Below, piece by piece: positions 31,870 through 42,033 of a DNA stretch of 64,000 nucleotides. The DNA is from Methanocaldococcus indicus. Its GTDB lineage: Archaea; AGJL01; Methanococci; Methanococcales; Methanocaldococcaceae. Position 1 is the first letter of the stretch. Each line of letters starts with the position of its first letter. Where the stretch lies: assembly GCF_049554935.1 (NCBI RefSeq), contig NZ_CP186926.1, forward strand, positions 1,024,001 through 1,088,000, in the 5' to 3' direction. The position numbers and the translations under genes are program-made. The notes beneath the pieces were generated by a model. That model searched no databases. It worked only from the letters and a program-made list of their open reading frames with translations, and was not told the DNA's origin.

Positions 31870-32218
31870 TTTCTCCCTCAATGTCTTTTATAATCTTCTC
31901 AAATTCTCTTTTTATCTCTGGAATTTCGTATTTTGCAGTTTCCCAAACTACCAAATAATCCACACCAAAATACTGGTGGATTAATTTATCCCTCATCCTT
32001 GCTAATTCTCTAAATGGGATATGAGGATATTTTTCACTAATATCTTTTGGAATCTTTTTAACTGCCTCTCCAATAACTTCTAAGCATCTAATAACTGCAT
32101 ATTTTATTGCTTTGTTATTTATAAACTCCTCATAATCCATATCTTTTGTGAATTCAATTATATCATCCATGTAAGATAAAATATCATACAAAAATGCCTT
32201 TGTATCTCTTTTTGGCAT
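31853..32218 (-). CDS. HEPN/DUF86 RNase toxin (HepT-like)
   Basis: RX4H motif RDKLIHQY; LEVIGEA. Confidence 0.92.
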   Translation of the reverse strand: MPKRDTKAFLYDILSYMDDIIEFTKDMDYEEFINNKAIKYAVIRCLEVIGEAVKKIPKDISEKYPHIPFRELARMRDKLIHQYFGVDYLVVWETAKYEIPEIKREFEKIIKDIEGENENSL

Positions 32219-32229
32219 TTAACCACCAG

Positions 32230-32526
32230 TTAAATATAAATAAGGTCTTCTTCAATAGATTTTTTTACGTAAGGATTGTGAATAGAGTTTTTTGTAACTA
32301 AATCAACTTTAACTCCTAATAACTCAGAAAGATAGTCCTCCAACTCTATCAACTTCAATAAACTTATTGGCTCATAGTAATCAATTAAAATATCAATATC
32401 AGAAGTTTCTGTTTGCTCTCCTCTTGCATAACTACCAAATATAGCAATAGATTTAACCTTATATTTCTCCTTTAACTCCTTTTTGTGCTTTCTGAGGATT
32501 TCTTTTATTTCTTTGAGAGTTTTCAT
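32230..32526 (-). CDS. Minimal nucleotidyltransferase (MntA-like antitoxin), copy 1
   Basis: FGSYARGE...SDIDILI. Confidence 0.92.
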   Translation of the reverse strand: MKTLKEIKEILRKHKKELKEKYKVKSIAIFGSYARGEQTETSDIDILIDYYEPISLLKLIELEDYLSELLGVKVDLVTKNSIHNPYVKKSIEEDLIYI

Positions 32527-32546
32527 AGTTTCACCAAAAAATAAGA

Positions 32547-32708
32547 TTATTTTAAGAATATTTGCAATACCATAAATATGACAAGTAATAGAACTCCAAT
32601 TAATAATGAATCAACTCCAGTATCATTTGAAACTAATGCTGATTTTATACCAAATAAAATTGATAATGCTCCAACTACTCCAATTAATGCTATTATTGCT
32701 CTTATCAT
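32547..32708 (-). CDS. Small two-TM hypothetical membrane protein (53 aa)
   Basis: GGTGA SD then MIRAIIALIGVVGALSILFG...LLIGVLLLVIFMVLQIFLK. Confidence 0.65.
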   Translation of the reverse strand: MIRAIIALIGVVGALSILFGIKSALVSNDTGVDSLLIGVLLLVIFMVLQIFLK

Positions 32709-32727
32709 AATTTTCACCAATAATATT

Positions 32728-34434
32728 TTAACCAATCTTATTAATCTCCTCTAAATAACTCTTAACAACTTCAAACTTATTCAAATACTCATTATGTAGT
32801 TTATTCAACTCATTATATACTTCTTTTAAATCTATCTCTTCCCCTTCTTCAATAGGTGAAACATACAAAGAAACATTTAAGTTGTAGTCATTCTTTTTAA
32901 TCTCCTCAATATCTACAACCTTACAAAATCCATCTACATCCTTAAACTTCTTATATGCCTTTGCTATTTTCTCAATATTTTCATCAGAGAGTTTATTTAA
33001 CCTTCTAATTTCTGGGTGATTGATGTATTCATTAGAGGCATTTATAAACAAGATTTTTCCTTTTCTTTCTTCTGATTTATTTTTATTTAGAACTAAAATA
33101 ATTCCAGGAGCTTGTGCATTGTAAAATATCTTCTCTGGTAATAAAATAACTGCATCAATTAAATCCTCATCTACAAACTTCTTTCTTATAGCTCTTTCTC
33201 TCCCTCCTCTAAATAAAGCTCCTGTATCTATAACTATTCCAGCTTTTTCCTGAGTGTAGTAATTTATTAGTTGAATCCAAGCCCAATCAGCTGAGTTCTT
33301 ATTTGGGAATCCATATTTATATATCTCTGAATGTTTTGGATTATTTTTTAATACATCCTCAGTATATCCATCTTGGTTCCATGGAGGATTTGCTACAACT
33401 TTATTGGCTTTATCTCTTTTTAGCTCTTTTAAAAAACTCTCAAACTTTGGATTTACTAAACTATCTCCAATGAATATTTTAGCATTTGATGGAGTAATGC
33501 CATGTAAGATTATGTTTAATTTAGCTAAAATTCCTGTAACTTCATTTCTTTCTTGTCCTACTAAAACAACATTGTTGTTGAATTTATACTGTTCTATTAA
33601 CATAGAAGCAGAACCACAGGCAGGGTCTAAAATAATATCTCCATCCTTAGGCTCAATAATATAAGCCAACAACTTATTAACCTCTTTGGGAGTATAAACT
33701 TCTCCCTCCTTAGCTTTTGTAGGTGCAAAGTAGTTTAAAATCCATTCATAAGCATCTCCTAAGATATCATAATCTACTGATGATAAATCTACTTTACTAA
33801 ATAAGTCAATAAGTTGCTGAACTATGTATTTATTTTCATTCTCAAATAGGGAAGGTAGTCCTGTTCTCCTAATTAATTCTTGTAATCCTTCTAATTTACC
33901 TCTATTTAGCTCAACAATTCTATTTAAGGCATTTATAAATTCTTCTGGAGAGTTTTTAACATTGTTCCAAGTATATAGTTTATTATTTTCAATATCATAA
34001 AGTTCTAAAACTTCCTCATTAGCTAAAATATAAACATCTTCATCATCCAAATCTTTATGCTCTTCTCTAAGTTTCTCCACAGTTTTAAGATAGATATCAC
34101 TTATAGCTTTATAGAAGAGAAATAGCAAAAGAACTTTGTAATCTACTTGAGTTCTAATTAAATCAGCTCCTTGCTTTAATAAGGAAATTAGCTTATCTTT
34201 TGTTAATCTATTTATTTTTTCCATTTTATCAACAATTCTATATATCTTCTTCCTTTTATCTTTACTATCTTGCTTTTTCTCTAAATATCCTGCATTTACT
34301 AACTTGGATAAAACTTCTGCCACATTTTCATACTTTACTTTAAGAACTTTTTCAGCATTTTCATAAGTAAATGGGAAGTATCCAAACTTTTCCTTTAATA
34401 TTTCATAGGCTTTTATGAATCTTGGCTCTAACAT
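32728..34434 (-). CDS. hsdM: Type I R-M N6-adenine methyltransferase with N-terminal winged-helix-like domain
   Basis: GEVYTP, DPACGS, ANPPW. Confidence 0.96.
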   Translation of the reverse strand: MLEPRFIKAYEILKEKFGYFPFTYENAEKVLKVKYENVAEVLSKLVNAGYLEKKQDSKDKRKKIYRIVDKMEKINRLTKDKLISLLKQGADLIRTQVDYKVLLLFLFYKAISDIYLKTVEKLREEHKDLDDEDVYILANEEVLELYDIENNKLYTWNNVKNSPEEFINALNRIVELNRGKLEGLQELIRRTGLPSLFENENKYIVQQLIDLFSKVDLSSVDYDILGDAYEWILNYFAPTKAKEGEVYTPKEVNKLLAYIIEPKDGDIILDPACGSASMLIEQYKFNNNVVLVGQERNEVTGILAKLNIILHGITPSNAKIFIGDSLVNPKFESFLKELKRDKANKVVANPPWNQDGYTEDVLKNNPKHSEIYKYGFPNKNSADWAWIQLINYYTQEKAGIVIDTGALFRGGRERAIRKKFVDEDLIDAVILLPEKIFYNAQAPGIILVLNKNKSEERKGKILFINASNEYINHPEIRRLNKLSDENIEKIAKAYKKFKDVDGFCKVVDIEEIKKNDYNLNVSLYVSPIEEGEEIDLKEVYNELNKLHNEYLNKFEVVKSYLEEINKIG

Positions 34435-34549
34435 TCTACCACCAAATAGATAGTTATTATTATATTATAACTATGTTTTTTTGTATATATACTTTATGTT
34501 TAAATAAATAGTTGTAAAAATAATACAATCTAAAAAATAAGGTGAATAT

Positions 34550-35386
34550 ATGTTAAAAAACTATGCTCTCAAAGTTTTAAATAAATCATTAGAACAAGAT
34601 ATAGGATTTTTTGATGTATCAACTGAAATTTTTGGAAATAAAGAAGGGAGAGCAATAATATTAGCTAAAGAAAAATGTGTTTTGTGTGGTATAGATTTTA
34701 TTAAAGAGTTTTTTGAGAGTTATAATCTAAAATGTAAAAAATTAGCTAATGATGGAGATTTAGTTTTTGGAGAGATTTTGGAAATAGAAGGAAAAATAAA
34801 GGATATTCTTCTTTTAGAGAGGACAGCTTTAAACTTTTTAATGCACCTTTCAGGAGTATCTACAAAAACATACAACATAATTCAAAAAGTTAGAGAAGTA
34901 AATAAAAATGTAAGAATTGCTGGGACAAGAAAGACTCTACCTCTTTTAGCACCTCTTCAAAAGTATGCTATATATATAGCTGGTGGAGATACTCACAGAT
35001 TTAGATTAGATGACTGTATAATGATTAAAGACAACCATATTAAAGCTTTTGGAATGAGAGATGCTATAAAAAAAGTTAGAGAAAAAGTAAGTTTTACAAA
35101 AAAGATAGAGGTAGAAGTAAATAATTTCACTGAATTAAAGATTGCATTAGAGGAAAAAGTAGATATTGTTATGTTGGATAACTTTAAACCAAAAGATGTA
35201 TGTAGAGCTTTAAATATAATAAATAACTTTTACAAAGAAACAAGTTATAGGCCAATAGTTGAAGTTAGTGGAGGAATAAATGAAGATAATATTTTAGAAT
35301 ATGCTAAATATAAAGTAGATGTTATTTCATTAGGTTGCTTAACTCACTCAGTTAAAGCTGTTGATATGAGCTTAGATATTGTGTAG
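34550..35386 (+). CDS. nadC: Quinolinate phosphoribosyltransferase
   Basis: ERTALN, TRKT, HRFRLDD..MIKDNH, MLDN, SGGI. Confidence 0.96.
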   Translation: MLKNYALKVLNKSLEQDIGFFDVSTEIFGNKEGRAIILAKEKCVLCGIDFIKEFFESYNLKCKKLANDGDLVFGEILEIEGKIKDILLLERTALNFLMHLSGVSTKTYNIIQKVREVNKNVRIAGTRKTLPLLAPLQKYAIYIAGGDTHRFRLDDCIMIKDNHIKAFGMRDAIKKVREKVSFTKKIEVEVNNFTELKIALEEKVDIVMLDNFKPKDVCRALNIINNFYKETSYRPIVEVSGGINEDNILEYAKYKVDVISLGCLTHSVKAVDMSLDIV

Positions 35387-35392
35387 GAGGAT

Positions 35393-35989
35393 ATGATGGA
35401 GATAATAGAAACTCCTAAATATATCAAGGAAGAAATTCTTAAATATATAAATAATGAAACTGAAATTTTAGATGAGCTAAAATTTCTATGTAACTGTAAT
35501 AAGAAGTTTTATGAAATTAGAAAATTAACAGCAGAGATGAGGATGAAACTATACAAGCCAATTATTGAACTCCACTTATGTTTAGCTTTTAATGATTTAA
35601 ATGGACAACTTATAAGTATTGAAGATGATTCTCATGAATTTTCTAAAGAGTTGGATATGAACCTAAAAATTGATTATATGTTTTTATATAACAACAATAA
35701 GAAAGTGTTTATTAGCCATAGATTTTGGGATATAAAGAATCCAAATTCAAAAGAGCATTTTAAAATATTTCATATAAGAGCATCAGAACTAAGAGTTATA
35801 AATGAGACAAATATAGAAAATATATACTTTGTTCATTCTTATACTCATAACTATACTCAGTATCTTGCAACATCCATAATAAACATAAATAAATTAAGAA
35901 AATATTTAAATGACAAATTAAATATTATAAATAACCAAAAAGACCTTATATATGTAATTTGTGAGCCAGATTATATATTTCTATTTTAA
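35393..35989 (+). CDS. Hypothetical protein (possible PD-(D/E)XK-like nuclease)
   Basis: 198-aa ORF with GGAGG SD; ELDMNLKIDYMF segment. Confidence 0.6.
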   Translation: MMEIIETPKYIKEEILKYINNETEILDELKFLCNCNKKFYEIRKLTAEMRMKLYKPIIELHLCLAFNDLNGQLISIEDDSHEFSKELDMNLKIDYMFLYNNNKKVFISHRFWDIKNPNSKEHFKIFHIRASELRVINETNIENIYFVHSYTHNYTQYLATSIININKLRKYLNDKLNIINNQKDLIYVICEPDYIFLF

Positions 35990-36759
35990 TTTTGCTTTAA
36001 AGCTTTTATAACCTCTTCTTTTAGGATGTCATATATTTTCCTCTTATACTCTAAGAATTCAACACTTGTCCTATCTCTTGGTCTTGGTAAATCAATCTTT
36101 ACAATATCCTTTATTCTTCCAGGCCTTGCTGTTAGAACAACAACTCTATCAGAGAGATATATTGCCTCATCAATACTATGAGTTACAAAAAATACAGTTT
36201 TTTTATCTTTTTCCCAAATTTTTAATAGTTCATTTTGTAAAATTACTCTTGTTTGAGCATCTAAGGCAGCAAATGGTTCATCCATTAAAACAATTTCAGG
36301 ATTGTTTGCTAATGTCCTTGCTATTGCAACTCTTTGCTGCATTCCTCCACTAAGTTGCCAAGGATATGCATCTTCAAATCCTTCTAATCCAACCATTTTA
36401 ATAAACTTTTTAGCAATCTCAATTCTTTCATTTTTAGGAATTCCTTTAATCTCTAAACCAAAAGTCACATTTTTTAGGACAGTTCTCCAAGGCATTAATG
36501 TATATTGTTGAAAAACTACACCTCTATCTGCTCCAGGTCCTTTAACCTCTCTACCATCTAATAAAATCTTTCCCTCTGTTGGTTTGTCTAATCCTGCAAT
36601 AATCCTTAATAATGTTGTCTTTCCACAACCACTTGGACCCATAACTGTTAAAAATTCATTTTCATAAACATCCAAGTTTATATTTTCAAGAGCTTTAACC
36701 TTATTCCTATTGTATTCAAAAATCTTTGTAAGATTTTCAATCTTTAACTTTACATTCAT
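35986..36759 (-). CDS. ABC transporter ATP-binding protein (nitrate/sulfonate class)
   Basis: GPSGCGKT, LSGGMQQR, MDEPFAALDAQTR. Confidence 0.95.
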   Translation of the reverse strand: MNVKLKIENLTKIFEYNRNKVKALENINLDVYENEFLTVMGPSGCGKTTLLRIIAGLDKPTEGKILLDGREVKGPGADRGVVFQQYTLMPWRTVLKNVTFGLEIKGIPKNERIEIAKKFIKMVGLEGFEDAYPWQLSGGMQQRVAIARTLANNPEIVLMDEPFAALDAQTRVILQNELLKIWEKDKKTVFFVTHSIDEAIYLSDRVVVLTARPGRIKDIVKIDLPRPRDRTSVEFLEYKRKIYDILKEEVIKALKQN

Positions 36760-36873
36760 TTATTTCACTTTTTTAGTTTTTAAGTTTAATATTTCTAAAA
36801 TTTTGTATTGGAGTTATAAATATATAATATTGATTAATTTTTTTAACTAAAAATCTTTAGGGTGTTAATAATT

Positions 36874-37542
36874 ATGGACTTGAAAGAGAAAGTAGCAAAA
36901 GAGGCATTAAAGTATATTAAAGATGGATATGTTGTGGGGTTAGGTAGTGGTTCAACAGCAGCAATATTTATTAGAGAACTTGCAAAAAAGATGGAAGAAG
37001 AAGATTTAAATGTTTTTGGAATTCCAACATCTTATGAAGCAAGATTTTTAGCTATTCAGTATGGTATTCCATTAGTTAGTTTAGATGAGTATGATATTGA
37101 TTTAGCTGTTGATGGTGCTGATGAAGTTGATAAAAATTTAAATTTAATTAAAGGAGGTGGAGGTTGCCACACATTGGAGAAGATTGTTGATTACAATGCA
37201 AAGAAGTTTATTGTTATTGTTGATGAGTCAAAATTAGTTAATAGTTTAGGAGAAAAGTTTCCTATTCCTGTTGAAGTTTTACCAGTAGCATATAGAACAG
37301 TTATGAAAGAACTTTCTAATTATGGAAATGCTGTTATTAGATTAGCTGAAAGAAAAAGAGGACCAATAATTACTGACAATGGAAACTTTATTATTGATTT
37401 GTATGCTAAAAATATAGATAATCCAAAAGAGTTGGAGAGAGAAATAAATACAATCCCAGGAGTTGTAGAAAATGGAATATTTACAAAAGTTGATGAGGTG
37501 TTAGTAGCAACTAAAAAAGAAGTAAAAAAGTTAAAGAAATAA
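36874..37542 (+). CDS. rpiA: Ribose-5-phosphate isomerase A
   Basis: GLGSGST, DGADEVD, IKGGGG, PGVVENGIF. Confidence 0.97.
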   Translation: MDLKEKVAKEALKYIKDGYVVGLGSGSTAAIFIRELAKKMEEEDLNVFGIPTSYEARFLAIQYGIPLVSLDEYDIDLAVDGADEVDKNLNLIKGGGGCHTLEKIVDYNAKKFIVIVDESKLVNSLGEKFPIPVEVLPVAYRTVMKELSNYGNAVIRLAERKRGPIITDNGNFIIDLYAKNIDNPKELEREINTIPGVVENGIFTKVDEVLVATKKEVKKLKK

Positions 37543-37723
37543 AAAGGTTAAAATAATAAATAATTAATTACTATTTTTAAATATTTATAAGAAATTTCCT
37601 AATTAACTTTTCCTGCTTATATCCTATATCATATTATCTTTATTAAGATTAAATTATAAATTATAAATAACATAAAAATTAAGTTATTATTAAAGATAAT
37701 ATAATATTTATGAGGTAAATATT

Positions 37724-38113
37724 ATGATAACAATATCTGAAAACTCCAAAGCTGAGGATTTAGTAGAATTAGCAAAAGCTATTCATTTTTTAGTTAATAA
37801 ACTTCCTGTAGCAATGAGAAGTAAGAACTATCCTGGTGTTAGAGTAGAAAAAGGAGATGTTGTAGATAAAAATTATGAAGGTTATGTTTTAAAAGTGGCT
37901 ATACAGATAGGAAGGACTATAAAAGCTACTCCAATAACTGGACCTTATAAAGGTTTGCCAGTTATAGTAACTCCTCTAAAAGATAAGGATAACAATATAG
38001 TTGGAGTTGTTGGTGTAGTAGATATAACTGCTGGAATATTTGATGATATACTAACATTAGCAAGACGTCCAGAACTTTATAAATTCCTACCAGATGATGC
38101 ATTTCCAAAATAA
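37724..38113 (+). CDS. Conserved methanogen protein (DUF2111-like)
   Basis: LPVAMRS...GPYKGLPVIV...GVVDIT. Confidence 0.65.
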   Translation: MITISENSKAEDLVELAKAIHFLVNKLPVAMRSKNYPGVRVEKGDVVDKNYEGYVLKVAIQIGRTIKATPITGPYKGLPVIVTPLKDKDNNIVGVVGVVDITAGIFDDILTLARRPELYKFLPDDAFPK

Positions 38114-38129
38114 ATATTTTTTGATGTTT

Positions 38130-38786
38130 ATGGAAATAATAGTATTAAAAGAAATAGATAGCACCAATAATTATGCAAAAAAGTTAATTGACAAAAATAA
38201 GAACAATTTTGTTGTTTTAGCTAATAAACAAACTAATGGTAGAGGTAGATTAGATAGAAAATGGATATCTAATGAAGGAGGATTATATTTTAGTTTAGTT
38301 AAAGATTTTTCAGATATTTATCCTATTTTAACACCTTTAGCAATAGTTAAAACACTTAAACTATTCAATATAGATGCTAAAATAAAATTTCCAAATGACA
38401 TAACTATTAATAATAAAAAGCTATCAGGAATTTTAATTGAGAGTTATAAAGATAGAGTTATTATTGGAATAGGAATAAACTTCTATAATAAAGTTGAATT
38501 AGATACAGCAATATCAATATATGATTTAAATACATTTGTTGATAGATTAGAATTTTTATTTAAATTTTTGGAAATATTTAATAAATATTTAAAAAAAGAT
38601 AAAAACCAAATATTAGATGAATATAAAAAATATTCTTCCACTTTAAACCAAAAAGTTAAATTAATTTTGCCAAATAAAGTAGTTGAAGGTTTTGTTAGGG
38701 ATATAGATTTTGATGGAATTACTTTAAAAATAGGAGATAGAGAAGTTAAATATCCTACTGGGGAAGTAGTGCATTTAAGAATTTAG
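38130..38786 (+). CDS. birA: Biotin-protein ligase
   Basis: DSTN, QTNGRGR..RKW, KFPND, KLSGILIE. Confidence 0.93.
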   Translation: MEIIVLKEIDSTNNYAKKLIDKNKNNFVVLANKQTNGRGRLDRKWISNEGGLYFSLVKDFSDIYPILTPLAIVKTLKLFNIDAKIKFPNDITINNKKLSGILIESYKDRVIIGIGINFYNKVELDTAISIYDLNTFVDRLEFLFKFLEIFNKYLKKDKNQILDEYKKYSSTLNQKVKLILPNKVVEGFVRDIDFDGITLKIGDREVKYPTGEVVHLRI

Positions 38787-39277
38787 TTTAAAGGTTTTGA
38801 TATACAAAATTCACATAAAGAATATTTATTAAGTTGCTTATTTTTAACTGGACAGTAATAGATATTTCCTTTTTTTATGATTTTTAAACCTCCAGGAAAT
38901 ATTAAATATTCAGGATGGAAAGGTTTTTTGGCTATAAATCTTAAATATGGACAAATAATCTTAGAAAGTTTAATAAACTTCTCTTCTTCTTTTGTATTGT
39001 ATCTCCTAAAATTTTCAATCCTCTCAATTAATTTTCTATATAGATTTTCATCTATCTCATAATCCTCTATATCTTCTAAATTTAGTCTCTTTAATTCTTT
39101 AAAAGTATCTAAAAAGTATTTGAGCATAGCATTTATGTAGCTCTCCCTATACTTCTCAGGGAGATATTTAGCATCTTTTTCTAAGAAAACCTTTATATCT
39201 ATAATATCATATATTCCAAAATCTTTTGCCTCTTCTTTCAACTTTTTTAATAACTCCTTAGCTTTCACAACAACCAC
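38783..39277 (-). CDS. UPF0305/DUF2115 family protein
   Basis: HP...FPGG...YYCPVK...LCEFC. Confidence 0.75.
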   Translation of the reverse strand: MVVVKAKELLKKLKEEAKDFGIYDIIDIKVFLEKDAKYLPEKYRESYINAMLKYFLDTFKELKRLNLEDIEDYEIDENLYRKLIERIENFRRYNTKEEEKFIKLSKIICPYLRFIAKKPFHPEYLIFPGGLKIIKKGNIYYCPVKNKQLNKYSLCEFCISKPLN

Positions 39278-39831
39278 TCAATCATAAAGCATAATGCTGA
39301 AACTAACAAAGCCCCAACAACTAATTTTAGTCCAGATATTATAATGTTCTCATGAGATATTCTTCCAATATATATTCCTAATATAAACAACAACAATATA
39401 GTTATTAATATAGATATGTATAATGCTAATGTTATTTTAAATACAAAGAATGGTATTATTGGTAAGACAGAGCCAAAAGTTGTAGATACCCCATCAATAA
39501 TTCCACATACAATACATTCATTTATAGCTTTTTTATATAAAATTGATTTTTTTAAATATCCCTTATTTTTTAATAAACTTTTTTCTTTTTGTATTCTTTC
39601 TCTTTCTAATGATGCTCTTTCAGCTGTTAATGCTCCTAAAATATTTGATAAACCATTAGCTATTCCTCCACCTAAACCAGCAGATATAATGGTTGTTGCA
39701 TCTCCTGAAACACTTGCTCCTATAACTACTCCCAAAACAGATAAAGACCCATCTATTAAGCCTCTAACTATATACCTTACTGTTGATTCATTTTTTAAAA
39801 TATCTTTTATTTTAACCCGTATTCTTATCAC
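39265..39831 (-). CDS. VIT1/CCC1-like membrane protein
   Basis: GLIDGSLSVLGVVIG...ANGLSNILGA..AE; start uncertain. Confidence 0.82.
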   Translation of the reverse strand: MIRIRVKIKDILKNESTVRYIVRGLIDGSLSVLGVVIGASVSGDATTIISAGLGGGIANGLSNILGALTAERASLERERIQKEKSLLKNKGYLKKSILYKKAINECIVCGIIDGVSTTFGSVLPIIPFFVFKITLALYISILITILLLFILGIYIGRISHENIIISGLKLVVGALLVSALCFMIEWLL

Positions 39832-40398
39832 CTACAATTTTAGTATATCTTTCAAATCATAACCTCTTAAAATTTTCTCTCTAATAACTTTTTCTTTATT
39901 TTTAATTTCAATAACTCTTTTTAATATTTTATCTAAGTCTTCTTTTTTTATTACCACCACTCCATTAATATCTCCTACTATTATATCTCCTGGATAAACT
40001 GTTATATTATCTATTTCAATTGGAATATTTATTTTTCCTCTATCTAATGGTTTTCCAGCTTTTGGATTAACACCTCTTGCAAATACAGGAAAATTTAATT
40101 TTTTTATATCTTCTAAGTCCCTAACATATCCATCTATAACAACTCCTTTCACACCTTTAACTTTACAGTTTAAAGTAGCCAATCCTCCAAAAACAGCCAA
40201 ATTTCCATGAACTTTAACAACTAAAACTTTATTTCTTGCATAAGAAATTGCTTTAACAACAGTTCCCCAATCTTTTTCATCTACTTCAACAGTAACAGCT
40301 TCTCCATACACAACTTTATCAATATCTATTATAGGTTTTAGATTCAAAGTATATGCCCCTGCATCAGATAGGTTTGGAGTAGATATATTTTTAAACAT
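39832..40398 (-). CDS. RraA/HMG aldolase family protein
   Basis: STPNLSDA, VIDGYVRD, PGDIIVGDINGVV. Confidence 0.88.
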   Translation of the reverse strand: MFKNISTPNLSDAGAYTLNLKPIIDIDKVVYGEAVTVEVDEKDWGTVVKAISYARNKVLVVKVHGNLAVFGGLATLNCKVKGVKGVVIDGYVRDLEDIKKLNFPVFARGVNPKAGKPLDRGKINIPIEIDNITVYPGDIIVGDINGVVVIKKEDLDKILKRVIEIKNKEKVIREKILRGYDLKDILKL

Positions 40399-40400
40399 AA

Positions 40401-41048
40401 CTATCCACTGAAATATAGATACCAACTAATTGGCTCTAAAAATCCTGCAATAGAGATGAATATAAATGCTAAAATAAAGAGTAGAAATAACTTATTTTTA
40501 GATAAAGATTTATTTACAACTGGATATATTTTGTTTGCTAACTCTACTCCCAAAACAATAGATATAGCAAAACCTAAGAATTCAAAAGTTCCATGTATTA
40601 ATACATATTTTAAAGCAGTAAATTTCAATTTATATCCAATAATCCCTGTTAAAGGATTTAAAACTGCTATAATAAAGAGAATTGTTAAATATTTCTCATA
40701 TCTTTTTTTATCTTCATTATCTTTTTTAGCTAAGTATGCAAATAATGCAAAAACAAAAATAATAACTAAACATCCAGTAAAATTAGATATTATATATGAT
40801 AAAGCGCAATCTAAATATGGGTTGTTAGTTGCTGATGATACAGTCATTGAAACTACTTCATACTTTGCTGTTCCAACTGTTTTAATTGTATCTAAAGTAA
40901 TTTCAATAGTTTTTTTAGATTTAAATAAATTTGATAAGTAATATATTAATTTTCCTAATGAAAAAGAGAATAAGAAACCTAACCAACACAATATATAAGT
41001 TAAAAAAATTTTTTTATATAATGGAAGATTTAAATATTTTTTAATCAT
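40401..41048 (-). CDS. SpoIIM/DUF95-like membrane protein
   Basis: HGTFE...IAGFLE, multiple TM segments. Confidence 0.75.
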   Translation of the reverse strand: MIKKYLNLPLYKKIFLTYILCWLGFLFSFSLGKLIYYLSNLFKSKKTIEITLDTIKTVGTAKYEVVSMTVSSATNNPYLDCALSYIISNFTGCLVIIFVFALFAYLAKKDNEDKKRYEKYLTILFIIAVLNPLTGIIGYKLKFTALKYVLIHGTFEFLGFAISIVLGVELANKIYPVVNKSLSKNKLFLLFILAFIFISIAGFLEPISWYLYFSG

Positions 41049-41477
41049 TTACAACATCCTTATAGGTCTTATAGCCCCACAAGCCATACATTTTAACATG
41101 TGTATTCTACCTTCTTTAATAATCTTAGTATCTGGCTTACCACATTCTCTACAAATGACATACTCTCTTAAGAATGAGTTGATTCTATCTTTTAACAATT
41201 CAGGGCTAATTTTTCTTTGTAAAATTAATCTTCCACCTTCAACTGTTCCAGCACTACCAGTTTCTTTTAATAAATATTTAGCAAAGAAGTTCTCATCTCT
41301 ATTCATTGCTTTAGCAAGTTCTCTGAAATTTCTAATTATAGTTTTATTACCTTCAATAATTACCTCTATTGGAGGTAGCTCAAACCTATCTTTTTCAAAA
41401 ACATAATCAGGAATTTGTTCTCTTGCTCTTTTTAAAAGTGTTTTATAGTCATATAAATCAAGTTCATCAACTTTCAT
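41049..41477 (-). CDS. eif2b: Translation initiation factor 2 beta subunit
   Basis: GNKTIIRNF, CRECGKPDT, CMACGA. Confidence 0.96.
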   Translation of the reverse strand: MKVDELDLYDYKTLLKRAREQIPDYVFEKDRFELPPIEVIIEGNKTIIRNFRELAKAMNRDENFFAKYLLKETGSAGTVEGGRLILQRKISPELLKDRINSFLREYVICRECGKPDTKIIKEGRIHMLKCMACGAIRPIRML

Positions 41478-41487
41478 ATCTCTTCAC

Positions 41488-41673
41488 TTATCTTATTCTT
41501 TTCTTATTAACTTTTTTATTTTGCCATGAGTATTTTCTCATTCTTGGGTTTGGATATCCACATGCTGCACATCTTTTTTTTCTTACATGATAAGCTCTTC
41601 TTCCACATCTTCTACATCTTATATGATAACTTCCTTTATTTCTTTTACCCATTGATGGTGTTCCTTTTGTCAT
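41488..41673 (-). CDS. rpl37e: 50S ribosomal protein L37e
   Basis: [11 protein letters not shown]...CRRCG...CAACGY. Confidence 0.97.
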   Translation of the reverse strand: MTKGTPSMGKRNKGSYHIRCRRCGRRAYHVRKKRCAACGYPNPRMRKYSWQNKKVNKKRIR

Positions 41674-41814
41674 TTATTTCCCTCCTTATAAGTTATAAAT
41701 AATTTTTAATTTTACCAATTTGAGTAGTTAGAGAATAATAGGGATATAATGTATAAATAATGTATAAAAAGGTTTCATTAGTTATTATTAGTATCTTATA
41801 TAAAAAAGTTATAA

Positions 41815-42024
41815 TTAAGATTTTAATATAGTTTTTAAATACTGTATTGGAACATGAATTATATAACCTATAACTCCTAATAATGTTATTCCAAAAGCTG
41901 TTACTTTTGCAACTTGTATATATTCATCTTTTGTAGGTTTTTTTAAAACCAACCAAACTCTTTTACATTCTTCAATAAATTCTTTAAAATCTTCTATAAT
42001 TCTATATATTTCTGTTTTATCCAT
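41815..42024 (-). CDS. secE: Protein translocase SecE/Sec61-gamma
   Basis: LKKPT.DEY...GITLLGVIGYII. Confidence 0.93.
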   Translation of the reverse strand: MDKTEIYRIIEDFKEFIEECKRVWLVLKKPTKDEYIQVAKVTAFGITLLGVIGYIIHVPIQYLKTILKS

Positions 42025-42033
42025 AAATATCCC

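Noticed and set aside
41674-41814. Absence of nusG/spt5 after ftsZ-secE
   Set aside because: Most simply a local rearrangement; no remnant or mobile-element trace visible
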